Of a DNA stretch of 64,000 nt, positions 52,400 through 64,000 are shown piece after piece (the first letter of the stretch is position 1; the number at the start of each line of letters is the position of its first letter). The notes under the pieces are model-generated. The model was not told where the DNA came from and made no database searches. It saw only the letters and a program-made list of their open reading frames with translations. Source of the stretch: Octopus bimaculoides (taxonomy: Eukaryota); the NCBI RefSeq assembly GCF_001194135.2, contig NC_068984.1, forward strand, positions 30,094,693 to 30,158,692, in the 5' to 3' direction. The position numbers and the translations under genes are program-made.

Positions 52400-52430
52400 C
52401 TTGAATAATGCTAAGCAATCATGGTACCAT
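52400..52430 (-). CDS. Candidate micro-exon E2 (R)WYHDCLALFK; could be a UTR exon
   Basis: Acceptor tttgctcgctctctttgtcttcag|, donor AAG|GTATGT; 31 nt, only the phase 2->0 frame is open. Confidence 0.4.
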
Positions 52431-52554
52431 CTGAAGACAAAGAGAGCGAGCAAACTAGATTCACGTGTGTGCGTGTGTGTGTGTATGCATGTATGTGTAT
52501 CTATATTTATATCAACAACTATCAATGTATTTGTCTATCTATCTGTCTGTCTGT

Positions 52555-52575
52555 TTCTCTCTCTCTCTCTCTCTC

Positions 52576-52639
<64 letters not shown>

Positions 52640-52740
52640 TGTCTGTGTATCTATCTATCTATCTATCTATCTATATATCTAATATTATATAATACAATAT
52701 AATATAATATAACATAACATAATATATTATAATATAATTG
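52555..52740. repeat. Compound (CT)n(AT)n(TCTA)n(ATAAT)n microsatellite
   Basis: Seen directly. Confidence 0.95.
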
Positions 52741-52898
52741 CGTAGTAGTTTTAGTTCAATGACTGCTTACAACTTGCATGTTTCATCTTGTACAGATGTA
52801 TCCGGAGTTTTCAGAGTATAAAATGTAGCAGTTATATTATATACTTGCGTATAAACGTTCACACTGATTCAACATATTTACATACGAATATGCGTCAG

Positions 52899-52963
<65 letters not shown>

Positions 52964-53034
52964 TTAGAGAGAGTAAAGTAGATACGTATATATATGTGTA
53001 TGAATATTTACATATATGCATACAGACATATATA

Positions 53035-54020
53035 CCGACGGTTGCAAAAGTAAATATACAGTAATGAAAATCTAAAAGTGCGCACTTCTTATTGATTATA
53101 CAAAAATATCAATAATAAACATATTACTTCCTCAACTTTTCTAACTGTTTTCCACCGGCATTCATGCCTTCCATTAGCCGAGCGTGGACACTCATGTACA
53201 CCCTGGCACAAAGGTCTTTAACTGCGTCAATTTCCTGGCAAGACTCTATTATGAACTCAATCGTAGCATCAACGTGGCTTTTATACGAAAACTCTCTTTT
53301 ACACATCCTCAGAAAAAGAAGTCCATAGGAGTGAGATCGGGCGAATGTAATGGCCATGCGATGGCTCCTTGACTTCCAATCCACCTGTTGAGAAGTTTTT
53401 TTGTGAATTAATGCACGCTGAGTGAGTGCGAAATGCGGTAGCGCTCGATCCTGCAGAAAGTAGAAGTCGTCTCGCTGCTGCTATTTGCGTATCTCTGGTA
53501 TGACTATCCGTCAGGCTGTTCAGATATATGTGTTGATTAACACTTTATTGCAGAATGATAGGTCCAACAACACCTTTGCAGGAATGGCCAGCCACACTGT
53601 CATCCCAGGTTGGTTGAGCTATTTCTCAATAATGGCATAAGAGCTTTCAGTTGCGTAGTGCCCACATTTGTGCCGATTAAAGACTCCCGAGGTTGAAGTT
53701 TGCTTCATTGGACCACACGATCTTTCACAGAATGCTGTCACCCTCTCCTTCCTCGCTCAGGATAGATTCGCAAAATTGTAAACGCCAATCTGAGTCATAC
53801 TCCACGAAACTATGTATCAAACGTAGAATGTACATTTTCAGTCCTACGCGGTGCATCAAACGACCCAACGATCTGCGTTCAAATCACAATTTCGATGACA
53901 TCCTTCAACCTGATTTTCAATTTGTGAGAGCACTGGGTAAATGCGAGGGCAACATGCATTGCATTCTTTGGCGTTGTCGCGGTGACTGGTCGAGTATTAC
54001 GATATTGTCTCACGTCCTAT
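53035..54020 (-). mobile_element. Second Tc1/mariner element, probably DD41D, decayed
   Basis: KIVWSNEANFNLG, FLQD...RWIGSQGAIAWPLHSPDLTPMDFF; about 41 residues between Asp2 and Asp3 across a 1-nt frameshift. One terminus follows TA at 53033; the other was not found. Confidence 0.85.
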
Positions 54021-54314
54021 AACAAAGCTTAATCTAAGTTTCTTGCAAGATTTCCAATGATTCTTGCTTTCAGTAATGTAATTTTTATAGTATAAAACAG
54101 AAAGACAAAATATTCTAGCATTGAAGAATTAACAAATTCTGTGGGTAAATGGCATAATTTCTCTTCATGTAATTTCCACTGACTTTCCACAGAAACAAGA
54201 TGAATGTAGAATTCAAGTCTGAAACTAATTGGAAGACGATGTATTATACTGTCTTGACGGCTATTAGGAATGAAAGTGAAATGAAATGCCAAAGATAAAA
54301 CTCTTTATCGATTG

Positions 54315-54349
<35 letters not shown>

Positions 54350-54683
54350 GAAGTTAAAAAACTAGAGTTAACAAGAAGGACGGTTGGACATATATTTTTA
54401 TCACTACAATTGTTTCCCTGCAACGTAGTTCTCCAGGTGTGCAGCTAGTTGGTTATGCAACGGTTATTCTGCATTATGAGATCTAGTTGTATTTCCTCAG
54501 ACGATATGTAGATACTGTCTCCGTATGTTTAAAATCTTCGGCTTCAACAACATCGTCTCTGTCTGAATTTAGTAGTACATATAATACTACTACTGGATAG
54601 CACAGAGTAAATCTGAAGGTGGACGAGCTTTATACTGTGTTCTACTGCGTTCTTAACAGAATATACCATATTATATATATATT

Positions 54684-55019
54684 CAGGGTTTGGACAAAAT
54701 AATGGATACTCCTAGCATCATAGAATCATAATTTTGAGATATCTATGAAACCGTCAAAAGTTTGTTTATTTTTATGTTTTTTTTATTCATTATTAGTGTC
54801 GTTTAATATGTTTTGTTAAAATTGCTGTTTCGTTTCAGATATCAACAGAAAAAAAGTAATTAAAATTCATTAAACTGATAGAGCTATCGGACTTTCAAAG
54901 AGGTCAAATTGTTGGAACTCGTATGGCAGGTGCTAGCCTAACGAAAACAGCCGAAATGTTTGGTGTATCACGGAGTACTGTCTCGAAAGTAATAACAGCC
55001 TTTGAGAAAGAGGGAAACC
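54684..55019 (+). mobile_element. Second Tc1 left-end copy, same family as 29338
   Basis: cagggtttggacaaaat...cctagcatcatag...tcggactttcaaagaggtcaaattgttggaactcgtatggcaggtgctagcc...gagaaagagggaaac. Confidence 0.92.
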
Positions 55020-55123
55020 TTTATTAAATTAAACGTATCCTATATTTTGATAGAAAGCCATTGAGAGTAAACGAAAATGTTTCAAAACTATACTGTATAC
55101 TGTTATACGACATGTTTTATCTT

Positions 55124-55736
55124 TTACATGTTTCAGTCATTTGATTGCAGCCATGCTGGGGCACCGCCTTGAAAGGTTTTAATCGAAAAATTTGACCCCA
55201 GGACCATTTTTAAGATCAGTACTTATTCTATCGGTCTCTTTTGCAGAACCGTGAAGGGGACGTAAACACATCAACACCGGTTGTCAAGCGGTAGTGGGGA
55301 TAAACACAGACACAGAGATATACTCACACACACACACACACACACACNNNNNNNNNNNNNNNNNNNNNNNNNNNNNNNNNNNNNNNNNNNNNNNNNNNNN
55401 NNNNNNNNNNNNNNNNNNNNNNNNNNNNNNNNNNNNNNNNNNNNNNNNNNNNNNNNNNNNNNNNNNNNNNNNNNNNNNNNNNNNNNNNNNNNNNNNNNNN
55501 NNNNNNNNNNNNNNNNNNNNNNNNNNNNNNNNNNNNNNNNNNNNNNNNNNNNNNNNNNNNNNNNNNNNNNNNNNNNNNNNNNNNNNNNNNNNNNNNNNNN
55601 NNNNNNNNNNNNNNNNNNNNNNNNNNNNNNNNNNNNNNNNNNNNNNNNNNNNNNNNNNNNNNNNNNNNNNNNNNNNNNNNNNNNNNNNNNNNNNNNNNNN
55701 NNNNNNNNNNNNNNNNNNNNNNNNNNNNNNNNNNNN

Positions 55737-55769
<33 letters not shown>

Positions 55770-55956
55770 ATTCCCTATTCATTTGTATATAAATATAATG
55801 GGCTTCTTTCAATTTTCTTCGACCAAACCAACTTACTAGGCTTTGGTTGGCCTGAGGCTATAACAGAAAACACTTACCCAAGATGTCACGCAGTGGACCT
55901 GAACCCGGAGCCACATGGTTGGAAAGCAAGCTTCTTACTACACAGCCACGCCAGCG
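55124..55956 (-). mobile_element. SINE family B with an internal microsatellite (gap)
   Basis: Reverse complement of the 11530 family: tttcagtcatttgattgcagccatgctggggcaccgcc...tattctatcggtctcttttgc...[CA/TA gap]...cacgcagtggacctgaacccgga...cttactacacagccacgcc. Confidence 0.9.
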
Positions 55957-56551
55957 ACATACATAAATGTCCATAATGTGTTGACGCAGCATAACATAGA
56001 TTCACTAACATAGCGTTCATTTTATGATTTAGAGATGCCTCTGTAGAATATAGATATTTTGAGATGAACAATGATCAGTTCTATTCACGATACACAGTGT
56101 GTCAAAAACCAGAGCTGTCACTCGCAAGCGAGTATGACTTGCTTACATTATCATGTTTTCGGTAGTTGAGTGCTAAGCATTCATTGACACGTTCTCGGTT
56201 CTCTCACTGAGCGGAACATATAATATGTGAAATCGTAAAGGAGAGATCTCTGCACTAGCACTCGGCTGGTATACATTTGCAGAAAGTAGTTGCTTCTTGC
56301 TCAATGATACAACACACGGCCTGATCAAGGGATATAATTCATGATTTTATGATCGTTAGTTTATCATCGTAACCACTAGGTAATATATTCGGAAGCATTT
56401 CTGATGACACATTATAATAACCAATAAGGCTGATTCTAGTCTCCATCACTGAAAAGTGGTGTTTTATTTGTATTCCTGTTTCTTGGTCTAACGCTATATT
56501 TAAAAATACCATGCCCATAACACGCGAATGCACATTACTTGCAAGTATGAA

Positions 56552-56612
56552 CTAGGCACTTAAAATCCTAGGCACTTAAGTACTTGGCACTTAAGTACTA
56601 GGCACTTAAAAA
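56552..56612. repeat. Four tandem 15-16 bp units, each containing GGCACTTAA
   Basis: ctaggcacttaaaatc / ctaggcacttaagta / cttggcacttaagta / ctaggcacttaaaaa. Confidence 0.9.
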
Positions 56613-56817
56613 GCAACAAGTAACCATAAGACATAGATAGGCTCTCACCTATCCCAGTCTTCTCCCAGCAGAACATGAAGGATAAAATAGCTGGGTTGAA
56701 AGAAAGCTCCTCCAACACTTTACAGTTACTCATTTCCAGTTGAGTAGATTGGATTAAAGTGAAATGAAGAGCCTTGTTCGAGGACATAATGCATGCTTGG
56801 TCTAAGAATCGAACTCA

Positions 56818-56820
<3 letters not shown>
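56613..56820 (-). mobile_element. CORE-like tRNA-derived SINE, decayed
   Basis: Minus strand tcgtgagttcgattct...tgtcctcgaacaagg...atttcac...tactcaactggaaatgagtaac. Confidence 0.75.
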
Positions 56821-56865
<45 letters not shown>

Positions 56866-56980
56866 NNNNNNNNNNNNNNNNNNNNNNNNNNNNNNNNNNN
56901 NNNNNNNNNNNNNNNNNNNNNNNNNNNNNNNNNNNNNNNNNNNNNNNNNNNNNNNNNNNNNNNNNNNNNNNNNNNNNNNN

Positions 56981-57031
<51 letters not shown>

Positions 57032-57053
57032 CATACATATATACATACACACA

Positions 57054-57290
57054 TATATATAGACATAAGCATACATACTCATATATACAGAATATTGAAA
57101 TATATATAGAAGTAATTATATGTGTATAAATATATACTTATATGTATATATAAATATAAATATATACATACACACACGCACACATACATATATATATAGA
57201 CATAAGCATACATACTCATATATACACGCATATATACTCATATATATAGAAATATATACAGAAGTAATTATATGTGTATAAACGTATGTT
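57054..57290. repeat. Imperfect tandem duplication (about 137-152 bp) in an AT-rich tract
   Basis: agacataagcatacatactcatatataca at 57061 and 57198; gaagtaattatatgtgtataaa at 57109 and 57261. Confidence 0.85.
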
Positions 57291-57735
57291 TATAAGTATA
57301 GATAAATATGTGTGTGCGTGCGTGTGTGTGTATGTGTGTGTGTAAGAGGGAGATGAAATACGGTTAAGAAACGATATGATCAATGAAATATTCAAAGCTG
57401 TATGAAGAATAGTGTTTTGAAGAGAAAGTGTGAGTAAAGATTAAAGACTAAATCAGTTGCTACTTCATTATAGCAGGCCTACTTAACTGGCATTAAATAG
57501 CATAATTATTTTGTGAAAAAATAAAAACAAAAAAAAAGCGTAAGTACGTCATGTCTTTACATACACTTATACATTCTCTACACATGATCATTAAGCAAAT
57601 TATAAGAATCTATCGAAAATCAGATGAAAATCAAAGCCAAGACAAAATTATACAACGAATAAAATTTATCAAACAAATCTTATTCAATTTTGGTCGTCGT
57701 TTTGAACGGATGAGGTACATTTACTCGCTCATTGC

Positions 57736-57737
<2 letters not shown>

Positions 57738-57805
<68 letters not shown>
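57738..57805. repeat. (CT)n microsatellite
   Basis: Seen directly. Confidence 0.95.
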
Positions 57806-57808
<3 letters not shown>

Positions 57809-58524
57809 CACGATTATACATACATATGTATATATGATATACTCGCAAACACATACACACACTTGCAGTCACAAAAGCATATACACATTGTGAGAGTGTG
57901 TCAATTACAGTAATATTAGATGTAATTCTATCAATGTTTATGTGCCACCAACTGAGAATATCTTTCTCGGCATACATTATTTGATAAACTATCCGCACCT
58001 CATCTCAATGTGCATCAGATTAATTACCGTTTCTCTAACTGTCACATTTACTTCGTCTGGGTAGGAGTGTAGATTTGCTATCTTCTACATTTAGCCCGAA
58101 ACCTTTATCGAACTAATTAAACTATTTGTTCAATAAAGAACCACACACTTCTGTTCATTCTGTTCATGTGTATAAACTTACGTGAATACAAGTATGAATA
58201 TGTTTTGGTGTTGTCAGTCGTTTTGTTAGGAGTGTCCATAAAATATGCGAATGATACTGTTTGTATTCTACACTCTGAGCGCATACATATATATTTTAAT
58301 GTGTGTGTGTGAGATAACGTTTGCGTTCCTGAATGTGTAAGCCAGCTGATATGCATTTTTCTGTATATATGTTCATCTTTACTTATGTTTGTGTATGCAT
58401 GTGATGAGACCCATGATTTCTTTTGATATGTTTAGTACACTTTTTATTTCATATTTGGTTGGTCGTACCCCTGGGATCTGTGAAAACTATTTTTATGTCC
58501 CACTGATAAAGTTAATCAAAAAGC

Positions 58525-58526
<2 letters not shown>

Positions 58527-58559
<33 letters not shown>

Positions 58560-58650
58560 TATCATCATCATCATCATTATCATCATCATCATCATCACAG
58601 CCGTCGTGCTTATCAACGCCATCGTCATCACCACCACCACCACCACCACC
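58527..58650. repeat. (CAT)n/(CAC)n trinucleotide microsatellite before a gap
   Basis: Seen directly. Confidence 0.95.
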
Positions 58651-59176
58651 NNNNNNNNNNNNNNNNNNNNNNNNNNNNNNNNNNNNNNNNNNNNNNNNNN
58701 NNNNNNNNNNNNNNNNNNNNNNNNNNNNNNNNNNNNNNNNNNNNNNNNNNNNNNNNNNNNNNNNNNNNNNNNNNNNNNNNNNNNNNNNNNNNNNNNNNNN
58801 NNNNNNNNNNNNNNNNNNNNNNNNNNNNNNNNNNNNNNNNNNNNNNNNNNNNNNNNNNNNNNNNNNNNNNNNNNNNNNNNNNNNNNNNNNNNNNNNNNNN
58901 NNNNNNNNNNNNNNNNNNNNNNNNNNNNNNNNNNNNNNNNNNNNNNNNNNNNNNNNNNNNNNNNNNNNNNNNNNNNNNNNNNNNNNNNNNNNNNNNNNNN
59001 NNNNNNNNNNNNNNNNNNNNNNNNNNNNNNNNNNNNNNNNNNNNNNNNNNNNNNNNNNNNNNNNNNNNNNNNNNNNNNNNNNNNNNNNNNNNNNNNNNNN
59101 NNNNNNNNNNNNNNNNNNNNNNNNNNNNNNNNNNNNNNNNNNNNNNNNNNNNNNNNNNNNNNNNNNNNNNNNNNNN

Positions 59177-59221
<45 letters not shown>

Positions 59222-59294
59222 CTCTACTATACTATACTATACAAAGCTAGCAATAACAATATTCTTTATGTTTAATGCTTTAGTATAACTGTAA

Positions 59295-59607
59295 AGGCGC
59301 TTGGCTTAGTGGTTAGGGTATTCGGCTCACGATCTTTCGATCGTGAGTCCGATTCCCGGCGGTGCGTGTTGTCCTCGAGCAAAACACTCTATTTCACGCT
59401 GCCTCAGTCCACTCAACTAACAAAAGTTAGTAGTACCTGTATTTCAAAAGGACCATTCTTGCCACACACTGTGTCACGCTGGATCTCCCTGAGAACTACG
59501 TTAAGGATACGCGTGTCTGAGAAGTGCTCGGCCACTTGCACGTTAATTTCACGAGCAGGATGTCCTGTTGATCGAATTAATAGGGACCTTTGTCATCGTA
59601 CCCGACG
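59295..59607 (+). mobile_element. tRNA-derived SINE with CORE-like domain, near full-length
   Basis: A-box tggcttagtggttagg, B-box-like gagtccgattccc, CORE-like tgtcctcgagcaaaacactctatttcacgctgcctcagtccactcaact. Confidence 0.88.
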
Positions 59608-60282
59608 GAATGCCACCATAACAGCAAGAGCCTAGCATCCTCTTCTCATACAAAAAATGATATAATAGTCACACTACTCAAGGTCGGTTCGAGGTGCAGT
59701 ATAGCCAGGGTAGGAAGCTAAGGAGAGCCAAATGTGTCCAGTTACACAAAATTTATCGTATCCTCATTTGTTCCCATATCCTGAACGAAATTCTATTTTA
59801 TATATTTTGACTAAGAATCTATTGTAAATAATGAAATTTTGTTTTATTGAACACTGGTTCCCATAGAATGCAACTTGTAACATATTAGACACCATGGAAA
59901 CTAATACAGTTTCGTGAAATATTCATGAACATTTTATTGCTTGAAATAAGAATAAGATCCATTTTTATAATCATTAAATTTATAGAAATAGAGTTGACGA
60001 AACGCAAATTTACCAACTGCAGTAACTTATTCAAACTGCCAAATTTAGCAGTTAAATCTTCGAATCTCATTCAACTGTCGTAAAATTGAAACGACACAAT
60101 GGATAGCGTAATTCCTTATAACACTGTCCGAGAAAAACGAAAAATACATTCAATCGGAGCAAGATTCTGTAATCATGGCCGTCACAAGACATCCGAGAGA
60201 AGTGAGATCAATGAATTCTATGTTTCTCTTATTGATAACTGCAGAAAAAGCATCAGTATGGAATGAATTTCAGAGAGTTAAT

Positions 60283-60706
60283 ATTTATTTCTTTATGTTT
60301 AGCCCACAGGGGGCGAAACATAGAGGGGAAAAACAAGTACACACAAAGGGATTAAGTCGATTACATCGACCTCAGTGCATAACTGGTACTTGTTTCATCG
60401 ACCCTGAAAAGTATGAAAGGCAAAGTCAACCTCAACGGAATTTGAACTCAGAACGTAGCGGCAGACGAAATACCTATTTCTTTACTGCCCACAAGGGGCT
60501 ACACACAGAGGGGACAAACAAGGACAGACAAACGGATTAAGTCGATTATATCGACCTCAGTGCATAACTGGTACTTGTTTCATCGACCCTGAAAAGTATG
60601 AAAGGCAAAGTCGACCTCGGCGGAATTTGAACTCAGAACGCAGTGGCAGACGAAATACTGCTAAGCATTTCGTCCGGCGTGCTAACGATTCTGCCAGCTC
60701 GCCGCC
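60283..60706 (-). mobile_element. Tandem dimer of SINE family A
   Basis: Copy 60474-60706 is complete to gagctggcag; copy 60283-60473 is 5'-truncated; 62 identical nt with period 185. Confidence 0.93.
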
Positions 60707-60769
60707 TTAATATTCGGGGCGAGAGAATTGAGACTATTGCTTATAACAAAACCTGGAATGACAAACAGA

Positions 60770-60850
60770 ATATTGTTAATAAGAATGACTTTGATTGTAG
60801 GTCTGCTTGATCAAGGCTGACCGGACGATCATAAACTACAAACTAGCATT
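60770..60850 (+). mobile_element. Short interspersed repeat (family D) 3' part
   Basis: gaatgactttgattgtaggtctgcttgatcaaggctgacc. Confidence 0.55.
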
Positions 60851-61150
60851 AAAAGGCTAATTACTTCTATTTGCCAGTTAATTGACTTTAGCTAAGTAGT
60901 TGTCTAAGTGTAATATATTCTCTGAATTTTCTGTTTCTATGCCAATAAATGAACATTCTTTCACATTGACATAGTGAACTTCTCAGCACAACTTCGGCAA
61001 GTATAGCGAAAGCTATATTTAGCTGAGCGGGTCTAATAATTATTTTAAAATGTCCAAATAATATTAATAAATGACTAAAACAGCTCTTTCTACACATGGG
61101 ATAGCCTTATCTTTATCTTAAAATGTCGCCAACGTAATATATGTTAAAAC

Positions 61151-61161
61151 ATGTACATACA

Positions 61162-61197
<36 letters not shown>

Positions 61198-61199
61198 TA

Positions 61200-61254
<55 letters not shown>

Positions 61255-61297
61255 GTATATGTGTATATATATATATATGCATATGTAGATATGTATG

Positions 61298-61331
<34 letters not shown>

Positions 61332-61345
61332 TATATGTATGTATG
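61151..61345. repeat. Compound (TACA)n(TA)n(TATG)n microsatellite
   Basis: Seen directly. Confidence 0.95.
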
Positions 61346-62059
61346 TCAGGTTGCGCTTGAGTGCTACTGGTAACATGTAATCCAGTACAACCTGTCGCAT
61401 GGTTGGGTCGTCGGCGACTAAACTGGTAACGCCAACGTGTTAAAATTCTACTGTCAATTAAAGAATGATAATAGACAAGGTAATGATGTTATTTTGGGTT
61501 AAACTTAAACTAACCCTACCCCCAAAGACTCTCGGACCATATCAATTTTGAGTTGGTCGTGTTTTCTTTTCGGAAATAAGCTACTCCTTTCTAGAATGAC
61601 AGAAATATTACAAATATAGCAAATCGCAATAGCTTCTCAATGGTATGGTTAGTACTATGCCATTAAATGTATATAGCCTAGAAATTTGGACGAAATAAAA
61701 TTAAATCCGTGGTGAGGAGAAGAAAACATTACCATGAACTTAAATAATTGTCAAAAAAGAGTGAGGCCAAAATTTGTTTTAACACTCAAAATTAATTAAT
61801 AATAGAATATATGCAATCCAACGGTGAGTGAGTCTTATTTATATAAGCTGCTGTCTGACAACTGAAATATTTCGGTATCATTAAACTTACTCAATGAAAT
61901 ATACTTTTTGTAATGAGTTGGGTATTTTTTGTAGCTCATAATGTATAAAGAGAGAAATCATAATTCCGGGGAGCCTGTGGAAACTAGAGAGGCATTACTC
62001 AGTGTCTTTGTGGAAAGCCATAATATTCAAACGGCTCGAACGTTTGAGTTTAGTCTTAC

Positions 62060-62089
62060 CTAAACATATTTGGTGTCATTTATTTTTAA
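62060..62089 (-). CDS. Candidate micro-exon E1 with a possible start codon (MTPNMF)
   Basis: Acceptor gaaatttttcag|, donor TAG|GTAAGA; all through-frames are closed, but ATGs at 62079 and 62067 end in phase 2, matching E2. Confidence 0.3.
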   Translation of the reverse strand, partial: LKINDTKYV

Positions 62090-63037
62090 CTGAAAAATTT
62101 CGATCATACTTATAATCATTTTATCTGTATTGCGAATGTGTTTATATCATTAGAAAAAGATCCTTCAACGTGAATTTAAAACATCAGATTATTAAATCAT
62201 CAAAAATTCAAAACGGCAAGAAATTGAAGTTGACAACGATTAAGTGTACTAAATGCAAGTGAAAGAAGTCGGTAGATTCATTGATATTACTGAACACTCT
62301 ATCTTGATAGGATTTTGACTGACCCCGATATTAGCTGTATCGGGAAGTATTGAGGGCGATTGTGAAAAAACACTTTCACACCATAAAAGAGAAAGAGCAT
62401 TTCAGCATTGTTTTCAACGTCTTGTTGCAGCCCTCTTAGATATTATTCAAAGCTCTTTCTATATTTTAGAATTCAAGGTACTAGAAAAGTATCATATCTT
62501 TGAACTGCTAGGTCAAAACTATATTCATTTGAAACATTACTCAAGGAAAAAAGGGATGTTAATTTCCAAATCATTCAAAAATATACGGTACTACAAGTGA
62601 CTTGGATGGAGAGGCATTTGTAGCACTTGATGGCCGTTGTGGAAATTTTCCGTCATGAATTTTCCTTAAACCCCACTACTACTACCACCACCACCACACC
62701 ACACCAAGAGCACACCACAACACCACCACCACCACCACCACCACTTTAACTCTCTGATCTTTCAGTTCTTGCACCAATTCACATTTATTGACGTACAATA
62801 TGGAAATTTACCCGAGTTAGCGATATCAGATATTTTTCAAGGTTTTTAAATTAATGATGGAGTACTGATTCACATCCTGTCAGAAACAATAATTTAAGGA
62901 AAGTCTTTGAATAAATATTTTGTGAACGTTTCCTATCCAAAAATTTAACCATATGAAAAGAGCAGCAAAAATAGATACCGTTTACGATGACTAACACGTA
63001 ATGAAAAACAAAGACAGTTATGAAAAGAAAAAGACGA

Positions 63038-63935
63038 ATATCAAAACGTTTCCAGACTAGTTCTGCAGTGCACCAACACATGGTAGCACACGGTTGCGTG
63101 CGGAGTGAGAGCTGGCAGCGACATTTATGAGGCAGTGGGCCGAATGACTTTGCTGTGTTTACTTTGCAAGTTATGAAATTCGTGCTTTTGTGATCACGTG
63201 TATGCTGTAATCTGCAATTTTTGTCATGGACAAGAAGAAAGAACCAACGTGAAATCTTGCGTTAAATTTGGGATGTCTGCCACAGAGACAATGAGTATGC
63301 TTTGGTAATGGGTTGTACGCAGTGTTTCGAGTGTCACGAGCGCTTCAAAAGAGAGAGAACGTCCCTGGAAGACAATGAGCGATATGGGAGACATGTCATG
63401 AGCGTCACCCCCCGGAAATGTGGTATTGTGCATAAAGAATTCATCCCAGTAGGGCCTGCCCGTCAATCGAGAGTTCTACTGCGATATTTTGAAGCGTTTG
63501 AGAGAGGATATTCGGTGAAAGCGATCGGATTTGTTGAGTACGAATAATTAGATTCTTCACAACGACGATGCACCCCTGTCATCGAGCTCTCCTCACTTGC
63601 GAGTTTCTCGTCAAAAACAACAAGGTATTGCTTCCGCACTTTCTCTATTCGCCAGATTTAGCACCTGCTGACTTCCAACTCTTCTTCAAGATGAAAATGC
63701 AGTACAAAGGTCATGATTTTAGCACTGTTGTCGAGATCCAGAGCGAATCGCAGAAGATCATTGACTCGCTTACGGAAAACGACTTCCAGACCGGATTCTA
63801 AAAAAGGCAGGAACGCTGGGACCGGTGTATTGCTGCGCAAGGTGACTACTTTGAAGGAAATGATGTTAAACCTTGGGTAAATAAGTTATTTTTTATTAAA
63901 CACAACTAGTCTGGGAAGCTTTTGATATCACCTCG
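63038..63935 (+). mobile_element. Mariner DD34D transposon, internally deleted
   Basis: TIR remnants atatcaaaacgtttccagactagtt / aactagtctgggaagcttttgatatcacctcg followed by TA. LHNDDAPCH...YSPDLAPADF has 34 residues between Asp2 and Asp3. Confidence 0.92.
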
Positions 63936-64000
63936 TATGAGTCTGCTAGTGCCAAGAGGATAAGAAACATTTTGGCAAATGCAGATAAGAACATAATTTC

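Noticed and set aside
58181-58273. 93-nt minus-strand exon candidate with donor CAC|GTAAGT
   Set aside because: Weak acceptor, and neither open frame fits the phase-2 start of E2.
58389-59288. 299-aa poly-His ORF in the track
   Set aside because: Made of (CAT)n/(CAC)n repeats and translated Ns; no splice or domain support.
59295-59370. tRNA-like head with A and B boxes
   Set aside because: It does not fold into a full cloverleaf and continues into SINE body sequence, so it is not a tRNA gene.
56552-60706. Short direct repeats as a possible CRISPR array
   Set aside because: Eukaryotic context, no unique spacers, no cas genes; the repeats are SINE or micro-duplication units.
61347-61400. Interrupted stem-loop (caggttg...tactgg / ccagtacaacctg)
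   Set aside because: A large bulge and short pairing do not fit a pre-miRNA; no known miRNA sequence recognised.

Overview
Eukaryotic, strongly AT-rich scaffold with 11 N-gaps, mostly at microsatellites. The dominant tRNA-derived SINE families look like those I know from Octopus, so a cephalopod source is inferred, not proven. There are no rRNA, tRNA or CRISPR features and no long intact ORF; nearly all ORFs in the supplied track are microsatellite or transposon artefacts. The window is mostly intron-like DNA with many SINEs and decayed Tc1/mariner elements: one DD41D with both TIRs, a second probable DD41D, DD34D copies and two left-end Tc1 copies. It also holds a hAT-Charlie MITE, a short Helitron-like element, two Penelope-like fragments, an R4/Dong-like fragment and LINE relics. 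The main non-repeat signal is a chain of small minus-strand exons with good splice sites. Three of them (40266-40163, 36952-36835, 18867-18795) are each open in only one frame and join in phase to give the C-terminal half of an unrecognised single-pass membrane protein. Weaker candidate exons would extend the gene from about 62.1 kb to about 17.9 kb. All gene models were built by hand and need RNA-seq.
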